IMG/VR virus record: IMGVR_UViG_3300028048_000002 | Span: 64,001 to 128,000 of that record | DNA length: 64,000 bases | Origin: a virus | Taxonomy: Duplodnaviria; Caudoviricetes | Direction: 5' to 3' (one strand) | Shown: one piece after another, positions 38,173 to 48,644 of the stretch | How the letters are laid out: each line of letters opens with the position of its first letter | How positions within the stretch are numbered: the first letter of the stretch is position 1 | Notes under the pieces: generated by a model | Databases searched by the model: none | What the model saw: only the letters and a program-made list of their open reading frames with translations | Told to the model about the DNA's origin: nothing | Program-made: the position numbers and the translations under genes

Positions 38173-38793
38173 TTAACCTTCGTCTTCGTAATTAGCAAGT
38201 ATTTGATCAATATCCATAACAGAATTATAAAGCCAATCCCACCGATATTGAGAAGCATAAGCTAAACCGGAAACGTTAAAAGCAGAACCTTGTACTAATG
38301 CAGTTTCCCACTCTATTCTTGAAGGTGAATAGTTTGAATTGATCCAATCAGGGTTCTCTTTAACATTAAAAGCTGTAACATACCATCTTGTATCATCTAA
38401 ATTATTATTTTCATAAACAACACATAATCTAAGTTTATCGTAATTCAGACCTTGAATAGTCTTAAGTAGATTAACTTGTCCTGAAGATAAATGAGCTTCT
38501 TCAGTAAATGATACGTAAAACCCATAACGCTTTAACTCATTTAACAGAGTAGAAGAATGCATGATATCTGATTCTTCTTTAGTTATATCCGTAACTAACT
38601 CACCCTTAGGATCTATAGTATATGCCATCAAAGTACCATAAACCGGATGCATAACTGCAACCTTCAGACCTACAATATCGTCGTTTTGGATATAACTAAA
38701 TACTTTAATTTCCAAATCGGGAGAATTATTTGATTTGCATTCTGTTAATTGCGACCACGCAGAGATATTATACTGCAGTATTGAATTCTCCAT
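38173..38793 (-). CDS. Hypothetical protein
   Basis: ORF track, tightly packed. Confidence 0.6.
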   Translation of the reverse strand: MENSILQYNISAWSQLTECKSNNSPDLEIKVFSYIQNDDIVGLKVAVMHPVYGTLMAYTIDPKGELVTDITKEESDIMHSSTLLNELKRYGFYVSFTEEAHLSSGQVNLLKTIQGLNYDKLRLCVVYENNNLDDTRWYVTAFNVKENPDWINSNYSPSRIEWETALVQGSAFNVSGLAYASQYRWDWLYNSVMDIDQILANYEDEG

Positions 38794-39121
38794 AATTCAT
38801 TTCTTCCTTAGTTCTTTGAACATATCTACGCATCTCTTCTTGAAACGGTACTAAATCTGAAGTAGACGATACAGGATATTCAGAAAAATATCTAGCTATC
38901 AAATCAATTTTTAACTTAAAGTAAAGTAATTTAGCTTCACTATCAGATAACTCTGGATGTTTTTCAATAAAGATGAAATACCTTGTAACTACAGAGCTGC
39001 AAGCTTTATGTACAACCGGATTATCTTGTTGTAAATCTGCTTCTAAAAGTGTTTTAAAGTTAGTTGCATTGTATTTTTTCAATTCTTGAAAAAACAAGTC
39101 GCATAAATTAGAACCCTTCAT
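38768..39121 (-). CDS. Hypothetical protein
   Basis: ORF track. Confidence 0.55.
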   Translation of the reverse strand: MKGSNLCDLFFQELKKYNATNFKTLLEADLQQDNPVVHKACSSVVTRYFIFIEKHPELSDSEAKLLYFKLKIDLIARYFSEYPVSSTSDLVPFQEEMRRYVQRTKEEMNYGEFNTAV

Positions 39122-40595
39122 TCATTTCACCTTCCTCTACATCAAGCTTCCAGCTCATCACATCAGATGCAATTTCTGGGAACTCTTCACTCAATGCTTC
39201 AACTAAAGCTTTTTGGAAGGGTTCTATATCTGTTATACCTAAAGACTTCAACATTTCAATCATCTGCATAGCTTGACCTACAGCTGCATCTCGTTTTTCT
39301 GATACTACTGTAGATAATGTGGTAACAATAGGTTGCATCTTTAAAATATATTTATCAACCATACCTGACATATTTCTTTGTAAGAAATACTTGTTAATAG
39401 CGTCACGCCAACCTGAAATATAAGCAGTTTCAAGTCGTTGTAAAGCATTAGCGTATAATGCAGATCTTTGAGACAATACAGAGCCTGCACCACCTAAGCC
39501 TTCATTAGATGAGAAGTTCATAGCTTCTTTAGGTACACCTAATACCGATAACTTCTTATCCTGATAGTGATTTAAAAGATCAGACTCAGCTTCAGTAGTA
39601 TCTGCCATGTTTAAATCTGTAATGTCGATAGGTGAAGCACCGTTATTCATAGGAATGAATATCAAGTTATTAGGACTTTGTGGATTAACAAAACTTTGAG
39701 CATCTCCCGTACTTGTATTCAAAGCTAGTTGTTGCTCAATAACTTGTTTCATTTCTAACAGTGTAGCAGCAACTTCTGTTTCATCTTCTAAATCGCCACA
39801 TTCTACAGCTATAAACCTTACAACTTTAGTAAGAGATGATAATAATAAAGCATCTTCTAGCAGACTTAAAGTCTGTGTAGGTTGAAGAGCCTTTTCCATT
39901 AGAGGATTAGCAAATTTGATGTCATATTCAGATATCTCACCAGTAGAATCTGTTACCTCAATCGTGTAATCCCCTAATAACCCACCCATAGAAAAGTGGA
40001 TTACAGATTCTGGTGGATATACAACGTACTTAGACTTATCATCTTCAGGTTCGAAAATGTAGCCAAACTCTTTTCCTTGCTTATATAAATGCACAATATT
40101 TTCCGGTGGAATTTTATAAGATGGTACTATATCATATACTGAATCCGGAATAGTGTTGTTGTCTAATGCAACATGCATTGCACTATACTCTTGTACGTAT
40201 TCTTTATACATATCAGTTGTAGGTATGTATAAATTTCCTATGGTAGCTAATTCCAATATATGATCTCTAGCATATGCGTTTACGTCCCAACGCTTAAATA
40301 ATTCGTTTACAATTTCAGCTACATCCTTTGAGTTATCATCTACAGGAACTGCCCAAATAATATTTCCCGAAGCGTTAGAAACAGTAGCATCCGTTGCATA
40401 ATATGATAAAGCTGTAGCTACTTGTGAATCTTGTGCTAAAGATCTCATAGAATCAATCTGATTACGTATTGTTGTTATTGCAGAATTTGATCTTAAATCT
40501 GAAAGACGATACAAAGATCCAGCTGTAGCGCTTCTTAGCCAAGAGGGTGCTGGTTTTTCTTTTGGAAATAATCTGTCCCAAAGTCTATTTGCCAT
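39108..40595 (-). CDS. Portal protein (T4 gp20-like)
   Basis: VATALSYYATDAT, LSLLEDALLL, KKLSVLGVPK motifs; 495 aa near terminase. Confidence 0.8.
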   Translation of the reverse strand: MANRLWDRLFPKEKPAPSWLRSATAGSLYRLSDLRSNSAITTIRNQIDSMRSLAQDSQVATALSYYATDATVSNASGNIIWAVPVDDNSKDVAEIVNELFKRWDVNAYARDHILELATIGNLYIPTTDMYKEYVQEYSAMHVALDNNTIPDSVYDIVPSYKIPPENIVHLYKQGKEFGYIFEPEDDKSKYVVYPPESVIHFSMGGLLGDYTIEVTDSTGEISEYDIKFANPLMEKALQPTQTLSLLEDALLLSSLTKVVRFIAVECGDLEDETEVAATLLEMKQVIEQQLALNTSTGDAQSFVNPQSPNNLIFIPMNNGASPIDITDLNMADTTEAESDLLNHYQDKKLSVLGVPKEAMNFSSNEGLGGAGSVLSQRSALYANALQRLETAYISGWRDAINKYFLQRNMSGMVDKYILKMQPIVTTLSTVVSEKRDAAVGQAMQMIEMLKSLGITDIEPFQKALVEALSEEFPEIASDVMSWKLDVEEGEMNEGF

Positions 40596-40632
40596 ATCAA
40601 CTCCTTATACATCAATATGATACAAGGTATGT

Positions 40633-42156
40633 TTAAACAAGATCTTCATCAATTTCGTATCTACTGAAAAATTCCGATTCATTAAAAACTGGAAGACCTT
40701 TAGATTCAATATATTTGATATGACTTCCATTGATATTTTCAGGAATATCCCCTATTATTGCACAATCAGCTGCTACATAATCTGTAATTTTTGCGGAATA
40801 ACTTCTTAAAATAGCTGAAACTTCTTCTATATTTCCATGTGAAAACTTTCCAGTTAGATATATGTTTTTATCTCTAAATATAGGACTACCATCAAATTTT
40901 TTAAGTTCAGAAGATACAACTACATTTGTATACAAAAGAATATCTTTTACACAGTTTCTATTATATACATCAGAAAACCAATTAACTAATTCATTATTTT
41001 TTAAATTGAGATCAATTTCTATAAAATTACAATGATCCATATAATATTCTATAGTTTCCCATGAATTATTACACCGTGTGCAATATTCATATATCACAGA
41101 TCTATTACGGACAGCTGAAATTGGTATGATGGCATCAAGTAACTGATAATAAGATATATTTATTTCGAAATCTTGATAGCAACTCAACCCTAATATATCA
41201 CTAAATACCGTTAAGTTTTTATTCTTAACATTATCCATATATACATCATAAGAAATTTCGGGTAAGTTTAAACCTCTCAAAAAATGCAGTATATCAAAAT
41301 AAGATCTTGATAAACAATGAATATCCCCACATCTTGAAAATTCATCAAATGCAATATAGTGCTTACCGCAAATGGAACATGTTCTATTAAATTGCATTAT
41401 ACTTAAAGAAGCTTTTGGGTATGTTTGAATGATTAGACCATTAGCATCAAATTCAACAATACTCCCAGTAGATAAACTCCAATAATCGAACATGTAAGAA
41501 GAAATGTAATACTCAGATTGCAGCACCATGGTTAACTTACATTGTTCATATCCTTGGTTATCTAAAAATCTATTATAATGTGTTATCTTATCTCTGTGTT
41601 TAGTCAAATAACCAAAAAAGCTATTTGTACCTCTAAATATGAAGTATCCAAAAACATCTTCATAATTAAAAGCAGTATCTTGAAGTTGATTTCTGATATA
41701 TAATTCAACATCACTATTAGCTATAACAAACCCAGGAATTAATAAAAATCCGTTCCTATTTAACCAATTTCTTATTTGCATAGAACCTACAAAATTCATA
41801 TTTTTAGCTTCCATGCTAACTGCAAAAAAGTTAAAATTATAGTTTTGATGAATATCAGATTTAATAGAAGGAAAAATACAGGTAGGTAACGAACCTAACA
41901 CTTCATCATATTTTTTACCTGTGTATACCACACCTCGTACAAACACCGTGCCGTTTTTAGCGTCTACATGAAGCGGCAGTTTACCATATTTAATTAAATC
42001 ACCTAAAAGTTGTTTATCAGGATCACCTAAATTTGATTCAAAGCCCTCCCAAACTTTTACAATCTTTCCCGATTCATCATACTGGATGGTGATAGGTAGA
42101 CCTAGAGGTAGAGGTTCAACATAGTCTCCTGCTTTCAGAAGGTTTCTAGTAAGCAT
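40633..42156 (-). CDS. NAD-dependent DNA ligase-like protein lacking catalytic KxDG
   Basis: YVEPLPLGLPITIQY in place of EPKxDG; VRGVV, CSICG..C..HC zinc finger, C-terminal BRCT-like IYLTGKF. Confidence 0.65.
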   Translation of the reverse strand: MLTRNLLKAGDYVEPLPLGLPITIQYDESGKIVKVWEGFESNLGDPDKQLLGDLIKYGKLPLHVDAKNGTVFVRGVVYTGKKYDEVLGSLPTCIFPSIKSDIHQNYNFNFFAVSMEAKNMNFVGSMQIRNWLNRNGFLLIPGFVIANSDVELYIRNQLQDTAFNYEDVFGYFIFRGTNSFFGYLTKHRDKITHYNRFLDNQGYEQCKLTMVLQSEYYISSYMFDYWSLSTGSIVEFDANGLIIQTYPKASLSIMQFNRTCSICGKHYIAFDEFSRCGDIHCLSRSYFDILHFLRGLNLPEISYDVYMDNVKNKNLTVFSDILGLSCYQDFEINISYYQLLDAIIPISAVRNRSVIYEYCTRCNNSWETIEYYMDHCNFIEIDLNLKNNELVNWFSDVYNRNCVKDILLYTNVVVSSELKKFDGSPIFRDKNIYLTGKFSHGNIEEVSAILRSYSAKITDYVAADCAIIGDIPENINGSHIKYIESKGLPVFNESEFFSRYEIDEDLV

Positions 42157-42172
42157 TTGAACTCCTTTCTAA

Positions 42173-44083
42173 TTATTTATTGAACCGATTAAAACCAAAT
42201 ATTGCCGAAACATCGGAATATTTTTTGCTTACATTACCCGTATTTGCTACTCTCATAGCCTTTACAGCTGTTTTTGTAGATATAGGTACCGAGGGATTAG
42301 ATAAGATAGCTGACCATACAGCCCCTGCAAACGAGTCGGCCTCATCCTTTTTTCCACCTGCTGGGTGATCACATTTACCTGTAGTTGCATCACGCTGTAA
42401 ATGAATCAACTCATCTTGAAGCTCTTCACAATCTAGCATATCAATTCTCTGCTCAAGTAAGACAGATCTCAAAGCCATATATCCGTCAGGAGTCCTATCA
42501 AGAGATAATTTATCAACTTGACCAAAGCCTTGATTTTCAAGTAATTGCGCTAAATACTCACTCTGAAATTGGTCCCTAGTTATTTTTTCTACGTTAAACT
42601 TAGATTTTCTTAACCATACAATAAAAGTTAGTATTTTATCATAAGGAATTTTATCCCCTCTAGGAGCTTCCAAAGCTATAGAAAATATATGTGTAAACGT
42701 AGGAACAGAAATAGTTGAACCACCTACGTCAATGTCTTTTCTACCTGTAACTGCAACTCCTGATATGCCTGTTCTGTCAGTATTCAAAGAGAGGTCTAAA
42801 TGTATAAACATAGGGCATTTTTTAAACCCAATATCGATAACTTCATCATGAAAAAACTCTTCAATAGATAGCGTATCTTTCGTCCCAATCTGTAAAACTT
42901 CGTTAAAGAATGGGTTTTTGCGATTACCTATACACGAATCTAAAAACTCTTGTGTAATAAATGATAAAGTACCGGGAATTGAAATACCTGCAATATCTCG
43001 TAACGCTATATCAAAATCGGCTAAAAATCGAGTTTTATTGTCTTCAGGTACATCTAATAATTGGTATCCTTGAGCTATTAACTCTTGCAATCCTTCAGCA
43101 TCTACATCATCAGAAACTACAAAACTTCTAAGTTTTTTACCACCTAAAGCAATTTTGAACTTTTTATCTGAAGAATATTTAGATGCTGGCCACACTTCCC
43201 ATTGGGGTCTATCAAAGATGTACATGTGTTCATTTCTAGCTTCCCTCTGTTGTTGTATGTAATTTTCCATAAAATCAGAATCGCTATTTTTTGATGAAAT
43301 TACATAAAGTTTACCAAATACTTCACCATTCTTTACAAATGTACCAGTTACACGTGCAACAAGTGTATCATATTTAGCTTTCATACGTTCTTTTGATTTT
43401 TCAATATCTTTAATACCGGCTTGACTAAAATTTACCTCATCAAAAACAGTTAAAAATGTAGCTTTTCCAAGTGCATGTGAAGCATCTGAACCTGCTTCAA
43501 TAGAAATTAAACCCCCTTCAGGAATATATGTAGGATGAGCCTCACTTTTATTCATTTTACCATGCTCCATAAACCATGGAGACATAGCTATGGTGCTATT
43601 CATCTCTCTATATGCTACACCCTTTGCTAAGGTAGCTGTTAAGTTAAAAAAGAATATTGAAATAGTTGTTACTGACTTTAAACTAAAATATTTTTGTGGA
43701 TCTCGTAAACACATAAGACGATATAACTGATAGCATGCATCTGAAACAGCTGTTGATGTTTTACCTGTACGAGTAGCACCTGTAAATACAATTTCATAAT
43801 ACTGATTACCAGTACGTTCTAATTCAAGCATAGTCTCTAACCATACCGGGTAAATAGCTTTACCGTTATCGTTGGTTTTTCCTAAGTAATTATCATCTGT
43901 TAAGAATGTATATTTGTCTACAGGAATTTCTTTATAATCTTGTAGCCATAAATCTTCATAAGTTTTAGAATAACCGGTATCAGAAATTTCTTCTAATATA
44001 CTAATTAACAAACTTTGTTCATATTTTGAACAAGATTGATATATTCTTTTTATGCGTGTAAGCACATCTTGATAATCAGGCAT
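42173..44083 (-). CDS. terL: Terminase large subunit
   Basis: Walker A GATRTGKT, Walker B TVFDE, ISS motif, nuclease HLDLS...DHP..GKKDEADS. Confidence 0.9.
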   Translation of the reverse strand: MPDYQDVLTRIKRIYQSCSKYEQSLLISILEEISDTGYSKTYEDLWLQDYKEIPVDKYTFLTDDNYLGKTNDNGKAIYPVWLETMLELERTGNQYYEIVFTGATRTGKTSTAVSDACYQLYRLMCLRDPQKYFSLKSVTTISIFFFNLTATLAKGVAYREMNSTIAMSPWFMEHGKMNKSEAHPTYIPEGGLISIEAGSDASHALGKATFLTVFDEVNFSQAGIKDIEKSKERMKAKYDTLVARVTGTFVKNGEVFGKLYVISSKNSDSDFMENYIQQQREARNEHMYIFDRPQWEVWPASKYSSDKKFKIALGGKKLRSFVVSDDVDAEGLQELIAQGYQLLDVPEDNKTRFLADFDIALRDIAGISIPGTLSFITQEFLDSCIGNRKNPFFNEVLQIGTKDTLSIEEFFHDEVIDIGFKKCPMFIHLDLSLNTDRTGISGVAVTGRKDIDVGGSTISVPTFTHIFSIALEAPRGDKIPYDKILTFIVWLRKSKFNVEKITRDQFQSEYLAQLLENQGFGQVDKLSLDRTPDGYMALRSVLLEQRIDMLDCEELQDELIHLQRDATTGKCDHPAGGKKDEADSFAGAVWSAILSNPSVPISTKTAVKAMRVANTGNVSKKYSDVSAIFGFNRFNK

Positions 44084-44088
44084 AAGGT

Positions 44089-44619
44089 TTACACCTTTTC
44101 AGAATTTGATTCCAATGCTCTCAATTCAGATAATATTGCACCAGCGTTCTCTCTAAGCATGTGTCGATCAGAAGTATCTAAGTCTATAACATTAGCTGCT
44201 ACAGGTGTAGCCGCTTTGACCGAACTAAATGCAGGATACTGATCTATATCTAGATATGCTGTTAGCAGCTTATTAGATTCAATGATAGATTTCTGCAACT
44301 TTTCTTGTATAGCCAGTAATTTAGTTATATTACCGAATCCACCAGAATCTAAATCAGCTAACTCTGAATCAATAGATCTATACAAAGTTGATTCAAGTTT
44401 GTCCATTAAATCTAAATATTGAACAATACGCATAACTTGATGATATGCTCTTAACAATGTTACTTGTTTCATAGCAGTTACCGCTGAAAGCGGATCATCA
44501 AGAGATGCAGATAATAATGAAATTTTCATACGATCAATTGCTTCACGTTTTAATGAAGCAATTGGATCATGCTCATATTCAACGACTTGGCCACCAACGG
44601 TTTCAGCAGCTTCATCCAT
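44089..44619 (-). CDS. Possible terminase small subunit
   Basis: Helical 176-aa protein directly upstream of terL; positional inference only. Confidence 0.4.
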   Translation of the reverse strand: MDEAAETVGGQVVEYEHDPIASLKREAIDRMKISLLSASLDDPLSAVTAMKQVTLLRAYHQVMRIVQYLDLMDKLESTLYRSIDSELADLDSGGFGNITKLLAIQEKLQKSIIESNKLLTAYLDIDQYPAFSSVKAATPVAANVIDLDTSDRHMLRENAGAILSELRALESNSEKV

Positions 44620-44631
44620 ATAATCACTTCT

Positions 44632-44892
44632 TTACTTTAAATCTAGCAAAACAACACTCAAATTAGCAATAGCATCTCGTGCAATTTCATCATTCTCTGC
44701 ATTTTCAGCTAAACACTTAATAGCTTGCATAATATTGTCACAAGCATCGCCGTAAATAGATACACAAGATTCAGGAAGCTCTTGGATACCTTCTGCATCA
44801 TTAATATCTTCAGTAGAATTCACCTTTCTATTAATTTTTATAGGTTTAGCTTCACAAGCAGATTTTACTCCAGACTTCTTAGAAACTTTCAT
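44632..44892 (-). CDS. Hypothetical protein with VKSA/VNST motifs
   Basis: ORF; basic N-terminus resembling the leader cleavage motif. Confidence 0.55.
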   Translation of the reverse strand: MKVSKKSGVKSACEAKPIKINRKVNSTEDINDAEGIQELPESCVSIYGDACDNIMQAIKCLAENAENDEIARDAIANLSVVLLDLK

Positions 44893-45190
44893 CTATACTA
44901 TCCTTTCGAGTACGTGTATTTAACTTAGCATACATAGTTTCACTATTATTTAAGATTTCCTCAAAATCATCAAATTTTGAAAATAGCTCATCATCGTTTT
45001 TTACGTATTGCTCACACATATATTTTAAAAATGCAAAAGCAGCTTGAATTGCTTCAATAGAAGGAAAAGCTTTATATACAGCAATTTCTAAATCTGCAAT
45101 ACCTTCAACGATGCTTAAAGGCCATACATATGATCTTAAACTTTCATACAACTTTATATAACTATTTTGAATTTGTTTAGCTGATACCAT
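44879..45190 (-). CDS. Hypothetical protein
   Basis: ORF track. Confidence 0.55.
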   Translation of the reverse strand: MVSAKQIQNSYIKLYESLRSYVWPLSIVEGIADLEIAVYKAFPSIEAIQAAFAFLKYMCEQYVKNDDELFSKFDDFEEILNNSETMYAKLNTRTRKDSIDESF

Positions 45191-45191
45191 A

Positions 45192-45380
45192 TCAGTAACT
45201 CCTCATAAAGTACGAATTGATTAAACCATCTAAATCAAAAACATCTAAGTCATTATGTTTTTTAACAAATTCTAACTCATGTTTTATGTCAAGATCTTTT
45301 TGCATCATTAAATAATCCACAAAAACACATTCAAAACAACTAAAAGGTTCAGATATTTCCTCTTTAATCGTTTGAAGCAT
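45192..45380 (-). CDS. Hypothetical protein
   Basis: ORF track. Confidence 0.5.
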   Translation of the reverse strand: MLQTIKEEISEPFSCFECVFVDYLMMQKDLDIKHELEFVKKHNDLDVFDLDGLINSYFMRSY

Positions 45381-45690
45381 TGTAAATATCCCTAATCTTA
45401 ATAACTAAATCTTTATGTCTAATATCAATATCCTTAAGTTTTTTACTTTTAGAAATATATACATCATAAAAAGCTTGAATACTTTCAACGCTATCAGACA
45501 ACTGATCTAAAGTAGGTATCTTTATAACTTCTCCTCCAGCATATCTACATAAATTTATCAATTTTTCATGACCTAATAAAGTGAATAACTCAGGTAACCA
45601 AGAAAACTCATCAACATTGTACAATGGTCGCATTAAACTTAGTAAATACGCAAAATCTAGTTCTTCTTGTAGCGGTAATTTATTATTCAT
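45364..45690 (-). CDS. Hypothetical protein, possibly Mor-like regulator
   Basis: LINLCRYAGGEVIKIPT resembles the Mor dimerisation segment. Confidence 0.4.
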   Translation of the reverse strand: MNNKLPLQEELDFAYLLSLMRPLYNVDEFSWLPELFTLLGHEKLINLCRYAGGEVIKIPTLDQLSDSVESIQAFYDVYISKSKKLKDIDIRHKDLVIKIRDIYNASND

Positions 45691-46429
45691 TATGAACTTC
45701 GTTTAATTGTGATGGATGAAAATAATTTGATACCCAAGTAACCGTAAATATAGCTGCGTTAGAGTTTCTATCAACTCTATTGAAATCTAAGAAATAATAA
45801 TTAGATAAATTAATTACATCTATTATTTTGTCCAAAATTTTACTTATATCTACATCATCTTTATAATATATCCAAAGCTCATTAGAATTTGAACTCTTTA
45901 AAGCAGCATAAAGTGCTCCACAGGTTTCTTCTCTTAAATTAAGTGTACCAGGTAAAGTTGTAAGGACTTCAGATATATCTTGAATTGTTATATAAGTAGA
46001 AGCATGAATACTACTTGATACTTCAGTTTCATCAGATTCTGTAGCTTCACCAGCATCTTGATTAGACTTTGCTGTATCCTCAGAAGCATCGGCTTCTTTA
46101 GATTCGTCCTCTTTCGGGGTGAATTCCATCTTACTATTTGATGATCTTTTTGATAAAGTACTAGGTGAAGCTTTAGGAACAGCATTTTTTGTTGCTTCAG
46201 ATTCCTTAGACGATTCAGTATCTTTAGAAGTATCTACATCGTTTACTTCAGAAAAATCTTCTAATTTCTCATCCTCTTCCTTTGATTCAGGAGATTCAAG
46301 ATATTTAGGGTCAATATACTGTGATAACTGTTTCAGTAATGGCTGATTCAAAGGGTTGTTAACTTCCGCTAATATCTTTGCTTGACGTGAACTACCTTTA
46401 AATAGCTTTGAAGATAGAATCCAATCCAT
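45683..46429 (-). CDS. Hypothetical protein with acidic disordered linker
   Basis: E/S/D/K-rich middle ending SSSIHAS. Confidence 0.55.
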   Translation of the reverse strand: MDWILSSKLFKGSSRQAKILAEVNNPLNQPLLKQLSQYIDPKYLESPESKEEDEKLEDFSEVNDVDTSKDTESSKESEATKNAVPKASPSTLSKRSSNSKMEFTPKEDESKEADASEDTAKSNQDAGEATESDETEVSSSIHASTYITIQDISEVLTTLPGTLNLREETCGALYAALKSSNSNELWIYYKDDVDISKILDKIIDVINLSNYYFLDFNRVDRNSNAAIFTVTWVSNYFHPSQLNEVHNE

Positions 46430-46434
46430 ATTAT

Positions 46435-46848
46435 TTATCCCTCAACTTCCGCAGAATCTAAATAATCTCTATCCATATAGATATATTCCTGCTCCGGGTT
46501 GTCTGTCTGTATTTCGTAACAGAAGTATTGATACCATAAATCTTCAGTTACATTGTTTTTAAATTGTATTCGATAAACATGCATACCTACATCTAAGTTT
46601 AAATCAGCAGTTTTAATATCTACCCAAGGATGGCCTGGACCTGACCATGTATAACTTTCTAAAGATTTACCACCAATTTCAGATATATCCTCAATCGACA
46701 AATAAGAAATATCCGAAGCTTCTATATAAATATGCATATAAGTTTCTAAACATTCTAAATTATAAATCTTAGAATGAAATGACAATTCAGCTTTATTAGA
46801 AGCTTTAAGAACATTGGCATGATATATATTGTCAAAATCATAATACAT
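46435..46848 (-). CDS. Hypothetical protein
   Basis: ORF track. Confidence 0.55.
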   Translation of the reverse strand: MYYDFDNIYHANVLKASNKAELSFHSKIYNLECLETYMHIYIEASDISYLSIEDISEIGGKSLESYTWSGPGHPWVDIKTADLNLDVGMHVYRIQFKNNVTEDLWYQYFCYEIQTDNPEQEYIYMDRDYLDSAEVEG

Positions 46849-46855
46849 ACGTAAA

Positions 46856-47071
46856 TTACTCCGGAAGCTGTACTAACCACAACTGTGTAACAGGGCAAGG
46901 TATCAGCAATCTAGAAAATCTAGATAATTTGCAACCTTTTGACTCAAAGTATTCTTTATCTTCATCAGTTAGGGGATGCTGCCAATACGCAAAAGCTTCA
47001 TTAAACTTTTTACTATCTTCTAGCAACTTGTCTATCATAGCTTCATGAATATCTGTTAAAGTAGTTTCCAT
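46856..47071 (-). CDS. Hypothetical protein
   Basis: ORF with GGAG RBS. Confidence 0.5.
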   Translation of the reverse strand: METTLTDIHEAMIDKLLEDSKKFNEAFAYWQHPLTDEDKEYFESKGCKLSRFSRLLIPCPVTQLWLVQLPE

Positions 47072-47163
47072 ATACTCTCCGAACTATATATTTTACTACA
47101 CTCTATATCAAAAAAGGTTCTGACTTACTATCAGAACCTATTATTAAAATTTACATCATGATT

Positions 47164-47415
47164 TTATTTATTAAAAGAAATATGCATCAAATCCTTTAAA
47201 AATTCTTTTTTATATTTAGATTGAGTTCTTAATAATACATATTTCTCTCCAGAATCTTTAGAAGATTTTATTTGAACTGGACTTGAATTTATTACACTAA
47301 GTACGTTGCCATCGTTGTCATAAATAGTTTTAGATTTAGTTCTTATATTCCTTTTACTGCTGATTTCATAATAATTTTCATATCCTGGAATTTCTATCCA
47401 AATTTCTTTAGACAT
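47164..47415 (-). CDS. NUMOD4-domain protein without HNH
   Basis: EIWIEIPGYENYYEISSKRNIRT. Confidence 0.65.
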   Translation of the reverse strand: MSKEIWIEIPGYENYYEISSKRNIRTKSKTIYDNDGNVLSVINSSPVQIKSSKDSGEKYVLLRTQSKYKKEFLKDLMHISFNK

Positions 47416-47433
47416 TAAACCTCACTAAACCTT

Positions 47434-48453
47434 TTAGAACAGTTTCTTTTGCACTACTAAGTTTTTTGGATCATATTTGAACCTAGTATTAGATAAGATT
47501 TGAATTGTTTTAATAGAGATTGCTACACGAACGTCATTCTTTTCAGGAAGCCAATCTAAAATATCATCACCCTCAAACCCATATTTTCTTGCAAAATCTA
47601 AAGTTACACCAATAGATTCAAGTTCATCTCTTAAAAGTTGAATATTTCCAGCATCTGCAGAATCAAGAAAACTCATATTAGATTTAGTTTTTACAGATCT
47701 GGACTTCTTAGTAATAGAAATGATTCCAAAATTTTGAGTAAATATCTTATTATATCCACTGATTAATCTGTGTGAAATAGAATCTGCGCTATAGCATGGA
47801 AACTTAGACATAGCATTTAATGACGTAAACCCATATACATGAGTTTTCACATTAGGATTAGAAGAAGCTTTTATGATATCATACATATCTTTCAGATAAA
47901 GCATTCTAGCAGATACAGACGCATCATTAGCAGGTGATAAACCTATGTATTCAAGTTTATCTCCGTCTTCATCTACATACTCTAACATACGTTTAAGATA
48001 TTTCGTATCTTCACCAAAATGATATACCGGCATAATTTTATGCTTATCAGAAACTTTTTTCCTCATATGCAAAAAATTATTCCAAGAAGCTTCTGCAGAA
48101 TCTATATAATCTTGAGGAGTTTTAGATTGTTTAAATTTACCAGGAATAGTATCTAATTGAGCAAATACATCTGCTTCATCTATGATAGTATTTATGTATT
48201 CAATATATTCATCTTGAGTGGTAGTAGCTTTACCTGTATGAACACTAAAAGCTCCGCTATCTACAAAACACCATCTGCAAAATCCTTCTTTTTTCCATTC
48301 TAACATCTGTTTTACACCTGAACGATCTAGTTGTGTGCACAACATATCTAAAGGCTGAAAATCAACTAAATCAAGAAGCATATCATGCATAGTATTAGTT
48401 AAATTTCCGGAAAACACATATCTAAAATTTACATTATCTTTAATCATCTTCAA
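47434..48453 (-). CDS. TGT-fold protein, DpdA-like (7-deazaguanine DNA insertion)
   Basis: FVDSGAFS, QLDTIPG, MPVYHFG, THVYGFT, SADS motifs. Confidence 0.65.
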   Translation of the reverse strand: MKMIKDNVNFRYVFSGNLTNTMHDMLLDLVDFQPLDMLCTQLDRSGVKQMLEWKKEGFCRWCFVDSGAFSVHTGKATTTQDEYIEYINTIIDEADVFAQLDTIPGKFKQSKTPQDYIDSAEASWNNFLHMRKKVSDKHKIMPVYHFGEDTKYLKRMLEYVDEDGDKLEYIGLSPANDASVSARMLYLKDMYDIIKASSNPNVKTHVYGFTSLNAMSKFPCYSADSISHRLISGYNKIFTQNFGIISITKKSRSVKTKSNMSFLDSADAGNIQLLRDELESIGVTLDFARKYGFEGDDILDWLPEKNDVRVAISIKTIQILSNTRFKYDPKNLVVQKKLF

Positions 48454-48640
48454 TCTCCTGTAGAAAACGGGTCATAGATTTGAAAAACTTTTTTATATTT
48501 AACTTATACTTCTTATTATTAAATATTAGATACACATTTGCTGAAGAATCTAAATTGAAAACCACACTAGATACAGTATCACGTTTAGATACCTTTGTAT
48601 ACTTATCTTCTGGATATGTATAATAATTGAAGCTTTCCAT
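48440..48640 (-). CDS. Hypothetical protein
   Basis: ORF track. Confidence 0.45.
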   Translation of the reverse strand: MESFNYYTYPEDKYTKVSKRDTVSSVVFNLDSSANVYLIFNNKKYKLNIKKFFKSMTRFLQEIEDD

Positions 48641-48644
48641 AAAA

